NCBI GenBank assembly: GCA_000934665.2
Contig: KZ538238.1
Coordinates: 1 to 64,000 of the forward strand
Length of the DNA: 64,000 bases
Reading direction: 5' to 3'
Source: Catajapyx aquilonaris
Taxonomy: Eukaryota
Of this stretch, positions 61,801 to 64,000 are shown one piece after another (position 1 is the stretch's first letter; each line of letters starts with the position of its first letter). The translations under genes were made by a program, and so were the position numbers. The notes below the pieces were generated by a model. The model was given only the letters and a program-made list of their open reading frames with translations. It was not told where the DNA came from and made no database searches.

Positions 61801-64000
61801 TTTTTTCCTTTCTTTTTCTTAAAAAAAATTTCTACCAGCGCAAAGTGCTGCAATGGCAAACTCGACATGACCTTACAATTACGTAATAATACCCAGCTAC
61901 AGATTCGAGCCGAACTTGGCCCTCTTCCCAAACTTGCAACCGGTCCACTGCGCCTTTATTCCCACCCACCCCTCTCCCACCCAGATCCTCCCCAGTGTGC
62001 AAATCTGCATAATTCCAACTCCAGAAACGCTTCCAAGCGCTTATTATCACCTAGTGAGTGTTAAGGTTGGAGAGACCCATTAGAATACATAAAGCTAACG
62101 CTTTCTCTCGGTTAGGAAAAGGCAAGTCCTTTACTCCTTGCAAGAGGAGCAATCTTCGATGGCACCAGCACCTGTTATGAATAAATTTGCATCGGGTAGA
62201 CCCACCCAAGCCTTTCCTTAGTTTCTAGTGTACCTACTCCGAGCACACTTTGCCCTCTGGCCTCACATCATGTGAGAGAGAGAGAGATAGACCGTTCTCC
62301 CCAGTGACAAAACCTAGAAACTCGGCTTGAGTTGGGAAAATAAGGACTCCCCAGAGGTCCTTTCCATACCTGGCGTGCCTCGAGAGGACGCCCATTATTA
62401 AATTTCCACTAAGCTGCAACGGGTATTTTTCCGAGGTAATGAGGAGTCAGGGAACTGGGGCTGGGAAAAACGAACCTCGAGAAATCCTTTTTGTGTATTC
62501 TAAAAATTAAATGTATTCCGTTACCGAAGCACAAAAGAGGCTTACCTAAACTTTAAATTGGCCATGTAAATCGCGGCATCCGCTGGTCTTTCAAACGCAA
62601 GCGAAAAACTAATTCAATAATGGGGACCTAAAGCAGCATCACATATTCTAATCAGGACAATGTGATATGTTCCAACATATAAGTGAACTCCTATATAGAT
62701 ATAAAGTAAATAAAGCCAAGACACTCCTAATGATGAACATAAGCTTCATGTGACACGTAAACAATAAACTAAAATTTGTTTGGACAAAAAAAAAATTGAT
62801 TGATTTACGTGCTCATTAACACAACCAACAAACAATGCCAGGTCATTTCGAGGCAACAAATTCATTTTCGATTTACCGCCGCAAAATTATGATGCGGCAC
62901 CGTACGTCAAGATAATAGTTCATAATTATGGCAGAGTCGCAACATTTCAAAATCATCTAAGTGGACTTAACACGTTTTTGGTCCGATTCATCCACTAGAG
63001 AGTGGACACAAATTAAGTGATCCGCAAATTTTTTTTTTACAAAAAAAAAAGTATGGCTCCACTATTTTGTCCTGGGAGCCAATTATTGTGATTGTTTGTG
63101 CTAGCTTATGACCTGGAAACCAATTATCGATAACCCTCCATCGTCCCTTTTTTTGAGCTCGTTCATGTAAGTAGGCACTTATTCTCCTCAAAAAGGCGCA
63201 TCAACAAATGTACACATTCGCAAAAAAAATGGGGAAATTTAATAGAAAATAATCATAAATATTCGCCCTCGTCCCATGTCCGTTGGTCAGTGCCTACGTA
63301 ATGTTTTAACATGCCAATTAACGTATGGTTAAACTTTTCCACTTGACCATTTGCGGCTGCATGATAAGGGGTTGTCTGTATGGCGTCCTCACAATTTACG
63401 TTTTGTGAAACAAAAAAAAGTGCATTTCGGCACCCGGAATTTCAAAAAAAAAAATCATTTTTCTCTCCTTTTCAAGCACTCTATTGATTAAATTACATTC
63501 CATTTCTCCTTCGGGGGATATACCTGCCAGATGTGGAGCGAGAAAAGTTAGCCAACTATCGATTGATGCCTATCTCAAATATAAAAAAAGAAAGAAAGAG
63601 GAGAGAACCGCTTGAACAATCCGAGCAGGCGTCATGATGAGTACCAATCAATTCAATCATCCGTACATGACCACAATGCCCCAAAAACAACACGAGGCAA
63701 GATTATCCGGACTTTACTATACCAATATCCAGACATAGAAATAGCAAAGCATTAATCATATATCCGGATATTTAAAAAAAAAAAAACAGGTTCAGCCTTT
63801 GAAGTAGTAAGGAGAGGAATTAATGTTGCTTTTTTATATCAGTCTTTTAATTTTCACTTCCCTGCTTCAGTTTGGCATAGAGATGCCCTTGCACTCTCAA
63901 CTACCATCCTCCCAATGCTGCCAAGGCAGTAAATTTTTGACAACTTCTGAAGACGCCAGCCTCCCGAGAGAAGAAGGATGAAAGAAGAGGAGAAAAAAAA

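Overview
Eukaryotic (metazoan, probably arthropod-like) genomic DNA with spliceosomal introns, mostly 50-130 nt. The first ~44 kb is gene-dense. It holds CCT8 (-, running off the left edge), a small orphan secreted/membrane glycoprotein gene (-), AIMP1/p43 (-), MYCBP (+, with a U12-type intron), and a cluster of three PP1 catalytic-subunit genes (canonical PP1-beta on -, two divergent paralogs on +). It continues with a ZNF106-like disordered/WD40 gene (+), two tandem small heat-shock (alpha-crystallin) genes plus an orphaned third 3'UTR, an F-box/LRR gene (-), and the 3' part of midasin/MDN1 (-, about 30 exons, two GC-AG introns). From ~44.4 kb to the end I see no supportable coding exon, only tandem repeats, MITE/Helitron-like elements and one N-gap. 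No prokaryotic system or CRISPR array is present. All calls come from reading the sequence by eye; no searches were run.
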